Of a DNA stretch of 64,000 bases, positions 52,593-64,000 are shown piece by piece. Position 1 is the first letter of the stretch, and each line of letters opens with the position of its first letter. This DNA is from Octopus vulgaris (lineage: Eukaryota): NCBI GenBank assembly GCA_951406725.2, contig OX597823.1, positions 113,336,001 through 113,400,000 of the forward strand, written 5' to 3'. The position numbers were made by a program, and so were the translations under genes. The notes below the pieces were generated by a model. It was given only the letters and a program-made list of their open reading frames with translations, made no database searches and was not told where the DNA came from.

Positions 52593-53047
52593 ATCACACA
52601 AACACACATATACACATATCTAAGTACGAAGTCAATATATGTGGGTGTATTTACGTGTAACATGCTGAGTTAAACTATCAATTATATGATGCTAACCATA
52701 AATATTTAGAAAAATTACGAAGACAACGTCAGCCAATTTTGGTGTTCTGCAAAATACATTTAGCATACATCTATGCAGAGACATAAGTTGGTACATCACA
52801 CAGTATCATATCAATATTTCATATGCATACATCAGCATTTTCAATATTACAAACAGATAATTTGAGAGTGGATGCTGAAACTGGTTATTTTCAAATATAT
52901 AAATGAGATTTTGCAATCATAAAATGTTTGAAATGATAATTTCTACACATGGATTTATCTGCTTTTCAGCTCGTTGAAACTTGCGATACTCTGTGTGTAT
53001 TTGTGTGTGTCTGTGATTGTATATATATATATATGTATATATATATT

Positions 53048-53079
<32 letters not shown>

Positions 53080-53087
53080 CATATATA

Positions 53088-53170
<83 letters not shown>

Positions 53171-53174
<4 letters not shown>

Positions 53175-53452
53175 TGTTGTATTTCGGAATGGTCATTTTG
53201 CCAGTTTAGCCAATAAAAACACACGCACTGTATATTTTGGTATTACTTTGCTTCAGTGTTATTTATTTTTTACATTAAACTTAATCTTATTTCGGTCATA
53301 CTTTAAACTTAATGTTATTTCGGCCAAGGTAACACCAAATATATAGTGCGTGTGTATTTTTTGGTTAAACTGGCAAAATGACCATTCCGAAATACAACAA
53401 TAAATGTTTCAACCCACGATTTCACATAAAAAAATCTTGCATAGCTAATATA
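53171..53452. mobile_element. Third fold-back copy of the 19590-20065 family (arms end before the HHR)
   Basis: ttgttgtatttcggaatggtcattttgccagttta..cacacgcact versus agtgcgtgtg..taaactggcaaaatgaccattccgaaatacaacaa. (TA)n on both sides. Confidence 0.8.
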
Positions 53453-53457
53453 TTATA

Positions 53458-53489
<32 letters not shown>

Positions 53490-54031
53490 CATACATAAAT
53501 AGACTCACATACATACATATATATATATAAATGTGTATATATGTATACACATTTATATATATGTGTGTGTATGTGTACATGTGTGTGTGTGATAGATAAA
53601 TAGACAGATAGATAGACAAACAAATTCTTTTGTGAAGTGATTCCATATCAGCGTGTACGAATATAGAAACAGTTCTTTTATAAAGTCAACGTTGAGTCCA
53701 GCTTTCAATAATTAGGCCTAAATAAATACTGTTGCAGACACACACACACACACACACAATACCACACACAAACACTCACACACACAGAATACCACATACA
53801 AACACACACACACACACACGTGTGTGTTCATTTAATAGGATGTTTACGGCACCTTGACACAATAATGAAAATGTCTTTGAACATTTTATATACTTTAATT
53901 TGCAAACGTATTTTTACTAAAGATTTATTATCACGATTTCGGTTTCTCTCTTTTCAATATTTTTCGTGTATATAGCATCGAATATTTCATGCATACAAGC
54001 CGGCCACAAGTACATTTCATTTATGATAAAT

Positions 54032-54064
<33 letters not shown>

Positions 54065-54290
54065 ATAAAACAGTCCTTGGACGAAAATCGTATGCACATT
54101 TTGCTTTGACGTTTAATGGCGACCAAACCGAAGCTAGGATCGAGCTGAAAATTGGCAGAGATACTAAATGCGTGGTGAGGATGAGACCCCCGACGGTTAA
54201 TATTCCCAAGCTATAAAGAGAGAGAGAGAGACAGAGAGACAGATGGATAGATGGGTGGTTAGCTAGCTAGCTAGAGAGATAGATAGATAA

Positions 54291-54351
<61 letters not shown>

Positions 54352-55069
54352 CGACAATTTAACGGTTCTTTCAACGAATAATAATAGAAAGTTAGATTGA
54401 GCTTACGGTGTCTGTGGATAAAAAAATTAAGTACTTAATCAAATCATTGACTATGAATTATAGTCTAGGCAACTTATCAGGATGCGCAAAGTAAGTAATG
54501 TAAATATTCTATATCATAAAGCACTTTTCGGAGGCATAAGGGCGTGTGGTAACTGGATAGCGTCCTGTGGTTACAATACCTGAAATATGACAGAGCATTA
54601 TGATGCTTTGTGTGCGAAATCGCTACGAAGATACGTCCACTTTTGTTAAATTTTCAGTTTGTCTGCGTTTAGATCGTCCTAGATTTCCTACTATGTACTG
54701 TTGGTTAATATGTCAGTATTCCTATATTAATATATGCGCGTTTCTTCAAGTAACAGAAGAAATGAATGCATGAACAAAGACTCAAGTGATGTCCATGTTG
54801 TATTCATCTCAGGAATGCGGATTTTGGTCGCAAAACACATGAGATGCGTGGAAACGTGCGTAGCGATGCATTAGAATATATATGAATTTGCTCCTTGGAT
54901 TCTCATTATAATTACTATATTAATCCTATGAGGCTATAAAATTTTGTAAGTTGGAATCACTAGGCCGTATCCGTCAGTATAACATAGGAGCTTTTATGTG
55001 CATGCTCAATGATGTTTCCCGAACATAAAGTATATATGTATATATACATGCATATAATATATATATATC

Positions 55070-55125
<56 letters not shown>

Positions 55126-55205
55126 TATGTATATACATATATATGTAAATATATGTATATGTATATACACATGTCTATATACATATATATATGTATATAT
55201 ATACG

Positions 55206-55270
<65 letters not shown>

Positions 55271-55644
55271 TAGGAAGTAAATATTCAGAAATTAATATTT
55301 ATATAGATACTACTACTGTTATTATTATCTGCGGTAAATATGAATAGCTGATAATAAAAATAACGATAACATAGGTGGTTGCAAGACTTAAATATGCATA
55401 TATCTATGTTCAAATGTGTTTAAAAATGCATATATATATGTAGATGAAGAGATCTTTATGCTGCATAAAATATACACGCGTACACAGTCAATCATGCGTA
55501 TATTACATTACCGTATCAGGCTTCGTTTCAAGTTCTATACTGGAGAATATATTATAGCTAATTATGAATATGATTTAACCATTCAGTGGTTGCTGCGGCA
55601 CAAAGAAAATGAATATCTTTCAAAGTAATTTTTTAATATATATA

Positions 55645-56290
55645 TGTTAACATAGAATTAGAATTACTTTTCTGGATTATAAAATGGAATTTGTTAGCGT
55701 TACGTAGATGTTTAAACTTTAATATACATATAACGGGAGCATAAAAATTGTGGATCTAATTCAAACTAGTATGATTTTTTAAACTAATAATCTGACCTTC
55801 TGTTGTTTACTACATGACTAGCGGATAAGTTCTAACGATTTAGCTAACTGGAAATAGTCAATGATTTAAATGACCGCTCCCTGACCCCCAATATAATCTT
55901 AAATATTTTTAAATATTTAATATGCATAAACATAAGCATACACAATTGGACTAAATTCAGCTTTGACATAGAGTTTGAAGTTGCTACTTTGGTTTTTAAA
56001 AATGAAGTTTTAGAATATGTGGATGTATTAATTTTAATAAGCATATAACGGAAACGTAAACATTGCGAATTAAACTCAGCTTAGACATAAAGTTTGGATT
56101 TTCTTTCTGGATTCTATATTTGGATTTGTTCGTGTAACTTGGATGTATTAAATAATATCTAAATAAATTTAATATGCATATAACAGAGACATATACATTG
56201 TGGACATAACCCAGCTTAGACATATAGTTTGGATTTACTACTTTGGATTCTAAAATTGAATTTGTTCGTGTTACGTGTATGCGTTAGTAT
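55645..56290. repeat. Degenerate ~120-135-bp tandem repeat, ~4 copies
   Basis: Recurring ttaatatgcatataac..attgtgga..cagcttagacata.agtttggattt..tggattcta..atttgttcgtgt.ac. Confidence 0.75.
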
Positions 56291-56647
56291 GATCTGCTGA
56301 GGATTATCGTTAAAGCAATAATAATGCTGGTACTGTTAAACATAGTAGAGTATATAAATTAGAATGTATTTACGTAACTATACGATGCATAATATGCCCA
56401 ATGTAATGTAATATATTGTTCAATGATGTTCTTTTATGTATTTTACGCATGTGAATAGTATGTATTTGCTTATGTATATATATATATGTATGTATATTTG
56501 TATTTTTTTTTATATGTAGGTATATATATATATAAATATATATATGTACGTATTTTGGATATTTGTTTATTATTTATTTGTATATATTAGATAAGTGCAG
56601 CATGCTTTGTATATCAATATTATTATTATACTTTTAAAATTAATTAT

Positions 56648-56760
56648 ATCCACTGACGAGGCCTATAAATTTTAATGCCTACAACCATAATATACTGACA
56701 TCTGTAGGCAATATAAGTTGGACTGACTTTTGACCGTAGGCAGAAACAGCTGTAAGAAGT
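56648..56760 (+). ncRNA. Hammerhead ribozyme motif with long branched stem II and palindromic minimal stem III
   Basis: CUGACGA (56653) g gccua...uaggc a GAAAC AGCU GUA, with an internal gccuaca/uguaggc hairpin. C11.1 is replaced by A and stem I is weak. Confidence 0.62.
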
Positions 56761-56976
56761 AGTTTATGAATTTCAATAATTTATAATATGACTTTTAAAA
56801 TATGTATTTGTATTATTTTTATTGTTATATTGCCCATTGATTTATATAATGTTTTCTTTGCTTTTGATGTTCTCGTTTGTATAATTAATAAACAATGTAA
56901 AATTGTAATATCCGTAAGTTGCAGAACGAGTTGAATTTGTTTCTCCATTTTCTTATTTGTATTATATACATATACA

Positions 56977-57027
<51 letters not shown>

Positions 57028-57029
57028 GA

Positions 57030-57240
57030 CGCCGCTTGGCTGACCGGTTCGCGGAACACCTTCGTGACATCCACCTTGCGAACGACACACCGGTCTCACG
57101 CCATTTCCGCTCCACCGGTCACTCCTTGCAACACCTATCTGTGTTCGGTTTGTCCTTACAGAGGCCATCCGGATTCCCGTTTGCGCCGTGAACAGGAATT
57201 AATCTTCTCTCTTCGCTCTTATACGCCATTTGGTCTCAAC
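57030..57240 (+). pseudogene. PLE GIY-YIG endonuclease C-terminal fragment (frameshifted)
   Basis: RRLADRFAEHLRDI..TPVSRHFRSTGHS..LSVFGL, frameshift near 57157, then YRGHPDSRLRREQELIFSLRSYTPFGLN. This has the R..EH, E and GLN motifs typical of the family. Confidence 0.85.
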
Positions 57241-57589
57241 TCTCCCCCCTCCTCATCTAACCCCCTCTCCCCCTCCTCACCTATCCTTTCCCCCCGACCC
57301 CTACTTCTTGAGTCCTTCATCCTTTCACCCCTACTCCCCTTCCCTTCTTCCCTCTTTCTCCCTCCTTCCTTCCCTCTTCCCCTTCCCTCTGCTCCCTCAC
57401 TCCCTCTCTCCCCTTCTCTCTCCCCCTCTCCCTCTTTCCTTATTCCTCCCCTCCTCCCCTTCCTTCTCCCCCTCCTCTCCTCTTCCCCCTCTCCTTCCCC
57501 CCTCTTCTTCCCCCCTTCTCTCCCCTCCCCCTCTTCTCCTCACTACACCACACGACGTTACACATCACATCATATATGATGTGCCATAC

Positions 57590-57920
57590 TAATACATACA
57601 CCAATTAATACATACTAATACGTACTAATACATACTAATACATACACCAACCCTATACATACACACGTCCAGACCCCGCATACGCACTTATACTCTCTCA
57701 TACACATACACACACACACACACACTTATACATACTAATACGTACTAATACATACTAATACATACTAATACATACACCAACCCCATACATACGCACGTCC
57801 AGACCAATCCTACGCACTAATACTCTCTCATACACACACACACACACACCCTTATACATACTAATACATACACCAACCCTATACATACACACGTCCAGAC
57901 CCCTCCTACGCACTATTAGC
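57590..57920. repeat. ~100-130-bp tandem repeat (3 copies) inside the PLE 3' region
   Basis: Recurring catacaccaaccc.atacatac.cacgtccagacc..tacgcact.atactctctcatacac with (catactaata)n spacers. Confidence 0.85.
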
Positions 57921-58099
57921 TGGTCCTTCAACCCTATTATCAACCCTATTATCAACCCTATTATCTCCCCTTATTTCGCTCTCGCGTCTCATGTTTGATC
58001 TTTGACCTCTGGCCGAAATCAGATCGCCATGTTGATTCGTTAGCTACTGCACGCATTTTTTTTCTCTCCTTCTTTCTGTGTTTTTTTTCTCTCTGTGTA

Positions 58100-58137
58100 T
58101 CTTTCTGTTGAAGAGCGTAGGCTCGAAACGTTAAAGA
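58100..58137 (+). ncRNA. Minimal HHR motif, CUGUUGA core variant
   Basis: ucuuu CUGUUGA A gagc-guag-gcuc GAAAC GUU aaaga: 5-bp stem I, 4-bp stem II, palindromic AACGUU. Confidence 0.7.
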
Positions 58138-58227
58138 CTTGTTTTATTTATATTTCCTGAGCACCATACTAATACGTTTGTTTTCCACCTGCCTTCGTCT
58201 TTTGTCTATTTTCATAAAGCTTCCCGT

Positions 58228-58261
<34 letters not shown>

Positions 58262-58532
58262 CAATAATAATAATAATATGAGGGAATATCATTCCAAACT
58301 TACAGGGAAAGATTCAATTTAGAAATGCTAAATCAAATTTCACAATATATATATATATATGTGTGTGTAAATTAGAAAACAAACCACCTTTTATCAATTC
58401 AAAACGAAAAACTAAATTACACCATCTAGAAAATTACATATAATAGAAATATTATATTCCTTTCTAGATGGTATAGGAATATCCTTCAAAGATGGATTCC
58501 AAAAAAGTGGTTCTATTTTCCCTGTTAGTTCT
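58262..58532. mobile_element. (TA)n-associated dispersed repeat (copy of 29103-29335)
   Basis: Colinear with 29103-29280. Contains a local inversion accatctagaaa/tttctagatggt. Confidence 0.7.
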
Positions 58533-58827
58533 GTATATATATATATATACATATGCATGTATATATATATATACATGTGTGTGTGAGTGCGTGTGTTTGT
58601 ATGTATATGTGTGTATGTGTATATAAAATAAATTAAATATAGAGATATTCTATTGTTATTCAATAATTTATTTGTATTACAATATTATATTAAATACTAT
58701 GAATATAATATATAACAACGTAATATTATATAAATAATTAAGAAAAACAGTTCAATTATACATAAGCCACTTTAGTGCCAATCGGTTCAGAAAGACGAAA
58801 TCCCGTATATGTATATACACAGAAGTA

Positions 58828-58974
58828 GATTCATTCAGTTTCCAGCTACCAAATCCACGCACAAGGTTTTGGTCTGTCTGAGGCTATAGTAGAACACACT
58901 TGCCCAAGGTGCCACGTAGTGGGACTGAACCGAGAGCAATGTAAATGGGAAGCAAACTTCTTACCACACAGCCA
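58828..58974 (-). mobile_element. SINE 5' part (family of 21885-22247)
   Basis: ttcagtttcc..ctaccaaatccac.cacaagg..gaggctatagtagaa.acacttgcccaaggtgccacg.agtgggactgaacc..cttcttaccacacagcca. Confidence 0.85.
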
Positions 58975-60277
58975 TGTATGTATGTATGAATGTATCCATG
59001 TGTGTATGTACCTGCGTGAGTGAGTGCGTGCGTGCTTGTACGTGTGTGTGCGTGCTTGTACGTGTGTGCGCGCGCGATATTTTTGTTATATCACTTAAGT
59101 ATATGATAGTCCCCCTGTTTATTGAACTTTTCCGCATTGTGACAACGACAATAAAAAATTAATGCGAAATCGATCCATCATTTTTTGTTATGACTAATTA
59201 TATTAACAAGAAACTATATATTTTTATGCTAGCATTGATGCCAGTTTCCTCTGTTGATGTTGAATAAATTGTTTTGTTTTCATATATTTTTTGTTGAGTA
59301 GCGACTCTGAAAATCTTGTTGGTATTGCTGCTCTACATTGACTGTATCGTTTCTGAATGGGAAATGATGAAATTTTGATTCCATTCTATTGCTTACTTAC
59401 GGAATATTTCGAAGTCCTTTAGATTTTTCTTTACTTCCCCGAGATCTCCCGTCAAACTGGTTTCATTCCGCATATCATAGCTTTACATTCTTCGAAATGC
59501 TTGCATATTTCAAAATATCCTCGTGCATATTAGAATATAATGAAATTTATACTAATCAAATTAGTAAATCAAATTTTACATAAATTTCAAGGTTTGGAAT
59601 AATATAAGAAAACGAATAATTATTCTCGTCACAAACTATCTCGTGAATACATTAACCATGGTCTTTTGCGAGTATCATTCCAGATATACTGGTACCCATT
59701 CCTATTACGTTGGGGTCACTGCCGTATTAGTTTATTTCATAATGTTCTGAGAAAAAGTGCATCATTTCTATTGGATTTAAATTTGCAATGACAACGTCAC
59801 TATTTGTCTTTGAACGAAGTGTCTGAGAAAGAACTTCGTCCATGACCTTCTTTGCTACTATATGAAGGAATGCGCAACGATATCGAGATATTCTCAGACA
59901 AAAGAACTTGTCCAAGCGCCGACAATTGTTTGGACACCACTAAATGATCGAAATTCCCAAATATTAGAGCTCAACTGAGTATTTCTCAAAGCCTGTCACT
60001 CAATAAGAGCTATAACCCTGTTCTGGACAGTCCAGCAAGTTCTCTATATCTGCAAAACTTTATCAAATCGTCTATTAACAATTTTTTACTGAAAAATATT
60101 GAGCAATTCACACAACGTATAACTAAAAGAACAATTGAAACAGTACGCAGTTCCCGCCCCTCACTCTATCACTTCCCACTCTCTCTCATACAATTAAACA
60201 TACACACAAATACATGCCTATAAATATGAGCGTGTATATGCGTGTATGTGTGTATATATGTATGTATATACATACAT

Positions 60278-60426
<149 letters not shown>

Positions 60427-60488
60427 GATAGATATATAAATATATATATACATATATATGTATATATATATGTATTTGTGTATGCATG

Positions 60489-60541
<53 letters not shown>

Positions 60542-60584
60542 GTCTGTGTGTATGCATGTATGTATATATATATATATATGTATT

Positions 60585-60627
60585 CTTAGATATGTTTCGA
60601 TCAAGGATTGGTCCAGACCACGTTTAA
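60585..60627 (-). mobile_element. Extreme 3' end of the CR1-like LINE family seen at 4371-4915
   Basis: cttagatatgtttcgatcaaggattggtcc versus cttagatatgtttcgaccaaagattggtcc at 4382-4411. Also adjacent to (TA)n. Confidence 0.65.
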
Positions 60628-60946
60628 TTTAACCGTTGCACTCCGTCGGTCCCGACGACGAGGGTTCCAGTTGATCCAATCAATCAACAGAACAACCTGC
60701 TCGTGAAATTAACGTTTAATTGGCATAGCATTCCACAGACACGTGCACCCTTAACGTAGTTGTCGGGGATATTCAGCATGACACTGTGTGTGAAAAGGCT
60801 GGTCCGTTGAATTACAGGTACAACAGAAATAGGAAGAAAGGGTGAGAGAAATTTGTGGTGAAGGAGTGCACCAGTGTTCACCACCAGCCCCTGCCAGAAG
60901 CTCCTGGAGCTTTAGCTGATTTTGCACAATAAACACTCACAACGCC
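60628..60946 (-). mobile_element. SINE sharing a central core with 40184-40504 but with a different 3' tail
   Basis: Minus strand ggcgttgtgagtgtttattgtgc.aaa..ctaaagctcca..ctggcagggg..ggtgaac..cacaaatttctctcaccctttcttcct matches 40275-40390. Confidence 0.75.
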
Positions 60947-60959
60947 TTTCATTGCCAAC

Positions 60960-61092
60960 AATTTCGGAGGTGGGGGCTTTGCTTTTCATTCTTTCGGTGC
61001 CGATAAATTAAGTACCAGTTGCGTATTGTGGGTAGTCTAATCGACTTGCCCCCTCCCCTACAATTTCGGGTCTTGTGCCTAGAGTAGAAAAG
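60960..61092 (+). mobile_element. SINE 3' half (family of 42065-42830)
   Basis: ctttgcttttcattctttcgg.gccgataaattaagtaccagttgcgta.tg..ggt..taatcgact..cttgtgcctagagtagaaaag. Confidence 0.8.
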
Positions 61093-63079
61093 ATTCTTCG
61101 TCTTTGATGAATAATTGCTATTTCTTATTTGCTTTTTTCTATAAATCATAGAAATTTGCTTTATTCCCTTCAAACTCTTTTGTAATCTGGACATTAATTT
61201 TTGAAACTGACCTATTTTTCATCATATTTCAGACTGATTCCGCATTGTGTTACTGAAACAAATATCGTTGTAGTAAATATTCTGTTGAATATCACAGATT
61301 TGTTTGTTCGACCTGAACCGCCTGAGCATGTCCCCTAGTGACTAACAATATGTGCATCTCTTATCATGAGATGGAATAGCGGGAGAGCAGGATAACTTTG
61401 TAATGAGAGTGATACTTCGGCTTTTGAAAAAATGTAACAAAAGCAAAGTTTGAAAGAAATATTAGCCATTAATCTTACTTTTTATGGGTAAGCATATAAT
61501 AAGTAACAGTTGCTACCCAAGAACAAAAATGCCGATACACAATGTTACCAGTCTGCTCTATCAAGTCAAGAAAGCCTTCAGTTTTAGCCTGCTTCGCCAT
61601 ACTAAAATCGTGCTACATAACACTGATGTTTCAAACCACAATAAAATGCGTGAAGTTGCTCAATCTTAGTCCGTTTTAATTTGCAGATCATTTGTTAAGG
61701 TACATTACGATTGTATCATAGATGTAATCCACAACTGGTGTGACGAAGATACAATTATATGATTATTTCAATTATACTAATAACTGAAATACATTGATAA
61801 TTTACTTGTCTCTATATCCTTTCATTGCTGTGTGTTAACCGGTAACTTTTGTAATGGTATAACTCTTCTAATGACACAAACTGGTGATTTTCTCTCTTTA
61901 ATGGTTAGAAATCCAAGTTCTATACAGCAATTACTGTGCTAAATTAAAAGCCGATAATGCCTTAAGCTCTTCTCCTGGTCATATCGTTGATATGTTGGAG
62001 ACATACCAATGTAAAGTAAATACATTGCTCGCAGAATATTGAAAGTGCATTTGCACTACAATGACACATGAGATGCGAAATTAATGCGATTCTACAGTCA
62101 TTACCACCTCTGCCACCACCAGCTCTGGCAGCACCGGTAACATAAGCACGACTAGCTTCTCAATAAACAACGCCATTGCCAACACAGACGCACCACAATC
62201 TTAATCATCAACCACACCAATACAATTTGACCACCATAAGCTAGATGTATTATTGGAAGTCGTATTCCAATGTAAACGTATATTGTTATAAAAGTGTGTG
62301 TAAATTTCAACTGAGCCAGTTGTTTGTTCTGACTCGAGGCTGTTTGGAAACTATATTGATATTATCTCATTTGGTTTGTCTTTTGGCTCAATTTTATCTC
62401 GTCCTCGCTTGTTGATTCCAGTCTTTGTATTAGGCGTACATTTTGAACATTTTCAAGCCCTCCAGCACATTTACTTACATAAGACGCTGTTACTTTATTC
62501 TCAATTCAATTTTAGTTTTCCTAAGAAATTCTTAAACAAACACAAAGAAAAATTGTAGATATCTAATTTTATTTATTTATTTATTTATTTATTTATTCAA
62601 GTATACAAAGTTCGAGATATATTTAAAAATAGTGAAATAAATGGGAAGCGCAGCAGAATAACAAACGTTGGAAATCACATCGAATTATATAAGATTTGCT
62701 TGTAATGTTTGCCGTTTAAAATAATTGCATACCGTATTTATTGAAATATAGTTTAACTAGTAGTAGCTAAAGATATGTCTGAATGAAAAGTTTAATTTGT
62801 AAATCATTGTTATTCAAGGAAAGGATGAATTTTAAGGAACAAATATTTAAGGGTGTGTGGCAGAAGTCACTCTAGCTAAATCCTGAAACTGTGGAAAATG
62901 TTTTTGCTATTCTTTAGAAAGATGGTCAGTAAATCAGCATCAATTGAGGTGAAAATGTTGCGTTGTGTTTATGTACTGTCAGTTTCCTCATGAAATCGCC
63001 ATATAAGAAAATTAGATATTAAATACAAATCCTGTTCGGACGTAGTAAATATATCATTTCAGTATTATACGTAGCCTTA

Positions 63080-63285
63080 ACGCCGGCAAGCTAATAGTAT
63101 CGTTAACGCACCGGCAAAAATGCTCAGCAACATTTCGTCTGTGTCTATGTTCTGAGTTCCAATTCCGCCAAGGTCGACTTATTTCAGGGTTAGAAATAAG
63201 TACTTGTTGGACACTGGGTCGATGAAGTCAATATAGCCCCCACCTCCGAAATCGTTGGCCTTGTGTCAAAATTTGGTAGCAATAT
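63080..63285 (+). mobile_element. SINE (family of 42065-42830)
   Basis: ggcaagct..atcgttaacgcaccgg..gttctgagttccaattccgccaaggtcgactt..ataagtac..cactgggtcgat..ggccttgtg.caaaatttg. Confidence 0.8.
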
Positions 63286-63430
63286 TGATTGTGGTCATTT
63301 ATCAGAAACAACAATTTTCACATCAATTATGACGCCGTTTCGTCAATAAACCACCTGACTTGACAATATTTATTCGATTACACCCAATCGGCATTCACTT
63401 ACATAGATCTAAGCATAAATGTTCATATAT

Positions 63431-63514
<84 letters not shown>

Positions 63515-63685
63515 CAATAATAAATCTCTGAACGAGATATAAACAGTAACCGCTCGACAACGTAAGGGGTATTAGCCATCTGAATGTGGCTAGCCACTGG
63601 GGGGGGTGGGGTGGTACTGATGCTTTTAGCCCCAGGCGATCAACGTCACCAGAAGGACTTTAGACACTATCTCAGTGCCCTTTTG

Positions 63686-63816
63686 TTATTTGCAAAGGGA
63701 GGTCATCCACCCTCGAAGACCCGAGTACTACATACGGACTATAGTTTCAAGGTAATTGCCTCTCGTCAACGCATGGTAAGCACCGGTCTTCGATGATGGA
63801 GTCCCCTTGCAAATAA
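63686..63816. other. Long imperfect stem-loop within an unclassified repeat
   Basis: Nested pairings ttatttgcaaaggga/tccccttgcaaataa, catc/gatg and tcgaagacc.g/cggtcttcga. Confidence 0.6.
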
Positions 63817-63895
63817 TATATGAAACCATATGCTGATAACAGACTTCTAAATCGTCAATTTCCACATATTATATACCCACTACAGAAATACCAAG

Positions 63896-63957
<62 letters not shown>

Positions 63958-64000
63958 TTATACAAACATACATATATACATACACACACATACATATATA

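Larger units (their letters stand above)
57028..58227 (+). mobile_element. 5'-truncated Penelope-like element: GIY-YIG endonuclease C-terminus, 3' region with tandem repeats, and HHR; inserted in (TA)n
   Basis: (TA)n on both sides. 57030-57240 encodes a PLE GIY-YIG C-terminus. HHR at 58100-58137. 3' end shared with 20383-20573 and 29350-29545. Confidence 0.88.

Noticed and set aside
57064-57592. 171-aa and 120-aa Pro/Ser/Leu-rich ORFs
   Set aside because: Mostly a polypyrimidine tract; only ~30 codons belong to the GIY-YIG remnant.
59700-59950. NLNPIE peptide resembling the Tc1 SPDLNPIE motif
   Set aside because: Isolated match with no supporting DDE context.

Overview
AT-rich, microsatellite-dense eukaryotic DNA. 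The SINE families point to an octopus (cephalopod) genome, which is an inference. No host protein-coding exon could be recognised; nearly all short ORFs in the track are microsatellite artefacts. The window is a transposon landscape. It holds a near-intact R4/Dong non-LTR retrotransposon ending in (TAA)n with one frameshift, CR1 and RTE LINE remnants, a deleted Gypsy element with PPT and LTR, mariner and maT-like remnants, many tRNA-derived SINEs and a tRNA-His-like gene. The most notable signal is about six families of short, mostly (TA)n-flanked elements carrying minimal type-I hammerhead ribozyme (HHR) motifs. Several have non-canonical cores and several are arranged as long fold-back palindromes. 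One family is physically linked to a GIY-YIG endonuclease C-terminus, identifying it as Penelope-like (PLE). All folds and alignments were done by eye.
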